From Torpedo marmorata (lineage: Eukaryota), in assembly GCA_977017645.1 (NCBI GenBank), contig OZ360236.1:6138001-6202000 (forward strand): a DNA stretch of 64,000 nt. Direction: 5' to 3'. Of the stretch, positions 62,071 through 64,000 are shown in pieces. Position numbers and translations under genes: made by a program. Each line of letters begins with the position of its first letter. The stretch's first letter is position 1. Below the pieces are notes generated by a model. That model searched no databases. It worked only from the letters and a program-made list of their open reading frames with translations, and had not been told where the DNA came from.

Positions 62071-62195
62071 CCCTGGGTAGCTAAAGCCCCAACAGCATGA
62101 AGTCTTTCACGTGAGCTACCGCCCCCTTCACGTTCCACTGTTTCCATACTTCCTTTTCTCTCAAACTCTCCACCCATGGCCAGCTCCCCGACCTG

Positions 62196-62460
62196 TCCCT
62201 CCACCTCACCCACCTTCACTTGTCCAGTATCCTATCACCTCCCAGTCCCTCCACCTCACCCACCTTCACTTGTCCAGTATCCTATCACCTCCCAGTCCCT
62301 CCACCTCACCCACCTTCACTTGTCCAGTATCCTATCACCTCCCAGTCCCTCCACCTCACCCACCTTCACTTGTCCAGTATCCTATCACCTCCCAGTCCCT
62401 CCACCTCACCCACCTTCACTTGTCCAGTATCCTATCACCTCCCAGTCCCTCCACCTCACC
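62196..62460. repeat. Perfect 50-bp tandem repeat, 5.3 copies
   Basis: Unit TCCCTCCACCTCACCCACCTTCACTTGTCCAGTATCCTATCACCTCCCAG starts at 62196, 62246, 62296, 62346, 62396 and 62446. Confidence 0.95.
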
Positions 62461-64000
62461 TTCCTTTTTATGTTTGAAATCTTCCCTTCCCACCCTCATC
62501 TTGAAAACATTGACTACCCATTCCTCTCCATGAATGCGAACTGACCCGCAGAGTCCCTTCCAGCTCCTGCTAGCTGCCAACAGGTTATCCTTTGCTGCAG
62601 GAATCAGCATCGGCAGTCTCGTGTCTCCAAGTACCTCAGTGCCGCTAACTGCCAGCCTTAAGCCATTCTGACTCGTCCTATTGCAGACATTCCCTTTTGT
62701 TCTACACACGCCTCCCCATCTTCGCTTCTACTTAAACCAACTTGTATCTCTCTCCTTCCCAGATCTGACAAAGGGTTGGAACCCCGAAACGTTGACTGCA
62801 TCACCCATCACAGATGCTGCCTTTTCTGCCGAGTTTCCAGCATTTTTCTGTGCTTATTTCACACCTACAGCATCTGCAGCTTCTGATTTTAATTTACCGA
62901 AGAAGCCACTACTTGGTTGGAGTGAGATCTCCAATATCCTCTAGACTCAATATTACCAAAGGAGTTTTAAACAACATCATGAGCCCTCTGTGAAATCCAT
63001 TGCAAGGCTCAAGCAAGACGATCCCACGTAGTTCCGTGTTTGGGTCTTTGGCTTTTGGATATTAAGGGAGTCATTGAATATGGAATCATCACAGGAAAAT
63101 GAGGGAAAAGTTTAGCCGCAATCTTATTGACTGAGACTGCAGCCATGAGGCTGAATGATCTACTCCTGCGATGCAATTAATAGACCTTCTGAGTCACAGC
63201 CCCCGTGATCTGGTTTCAATCATCACCACGGGCCCTGTCTGTGTGGAGTTTGCACCTTCTCCCTGTGACCGCGTGGGTTTCCTCCCACAGAAAGGAAACA
63301 GGCCCTTCGGCCCAACTTGCCCACGCCGACCAAAAATGCCCCACCCGCACTAGTCCCAACTTCCTGCGTATGGCTCATTTCCCTCTAAACCCATCCTGTC
63401 CATGTATCCGTCCAAATGTTTCTTAAACATTACAATAGATCCTGCTTCAACCACCTCCTCCGGCAGCCTGTTCTGTACACCCACCATTCGCTGTGTAAAA
63501 AAAAGTTACCCGTCACTTTAAACCCATGTCCTCTGGTTACTGATTCCCCTACTCTGGGCAAGAGGCGTGTGGATTAGTGAGTTGATTGGACACTGAAAAT
63601 TTCCCCCTGTGTGGAGGTTGGTGGTACAATCTGGGGAAAGTTGAAGAGAATTGAATTGATTACTGTCACGTGTGCCGAGATACAATGAAAAGCAGTATTT
63701 TGTGTGCTATCCAGACAGGTCAACTCATGCGTAAGTACAGCAGATAGTGCAACAATAAAACAAAAAATGCAGGGTATGATGTTAATGCAAGACAAAGAGT
63801 GCAGAGTGGAGTGTTACCGAGACAAAGTATATAGAGAGAAGAGTTTATTTATTTATAAATAAAAAAAACAGTTAAAACAGAGTGGCGCATCAGTGAGAGG
63901 TCAATTGTGGGGAGAAATTGCAGCAGAAATTAGTGGGGGAAAATGACAATACTCTGTCAGCTGCAGAGATTTGATGGGCTGAATGGCCCACTTCTATGAT

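Overview
Eukaryotic, repeat-dense window, most likely from a cartilaginous fish (inferred from V-SINE/HE1-type SINEs and CR1, Rex-Babar and Penelope content). It holds the 3' ends of two convergent genes. On the + strand are the last four coding exons of EIF2S2 (eIF2-beta: 10806-10954, 23325-23381, 38024-38109, 44543-44718). On the - strand are the last coding exons of a RALY-family hnRNP gene (59256-59419, 55492-55533) plus a probable non-coding terminal exon near 49.2-49.6 kb. Most of the remaining sequence is nested transposable elements. These include two nested pogo-superfamily transposons (the inner one is DD35D and one base from intact), MITEs with long internal hairpins, Tigger, hAT and Harbinger-like elements, and a TSD-bounded inverted-arm Penelope element with hammerhead-like motifs. 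There are also two solo LTRs, an L1 fragment, and a recurring ~800-bp non-tRNA retroposon with a LINE-type tail. Exon, TIR and TSD coordinates were read base by base; ends of degraded repeats are approximate. Family names come from motif recognition, not database searches. No wholly new protein-coding system is supported; the best leads are RNA-structure and TE-biology observations.
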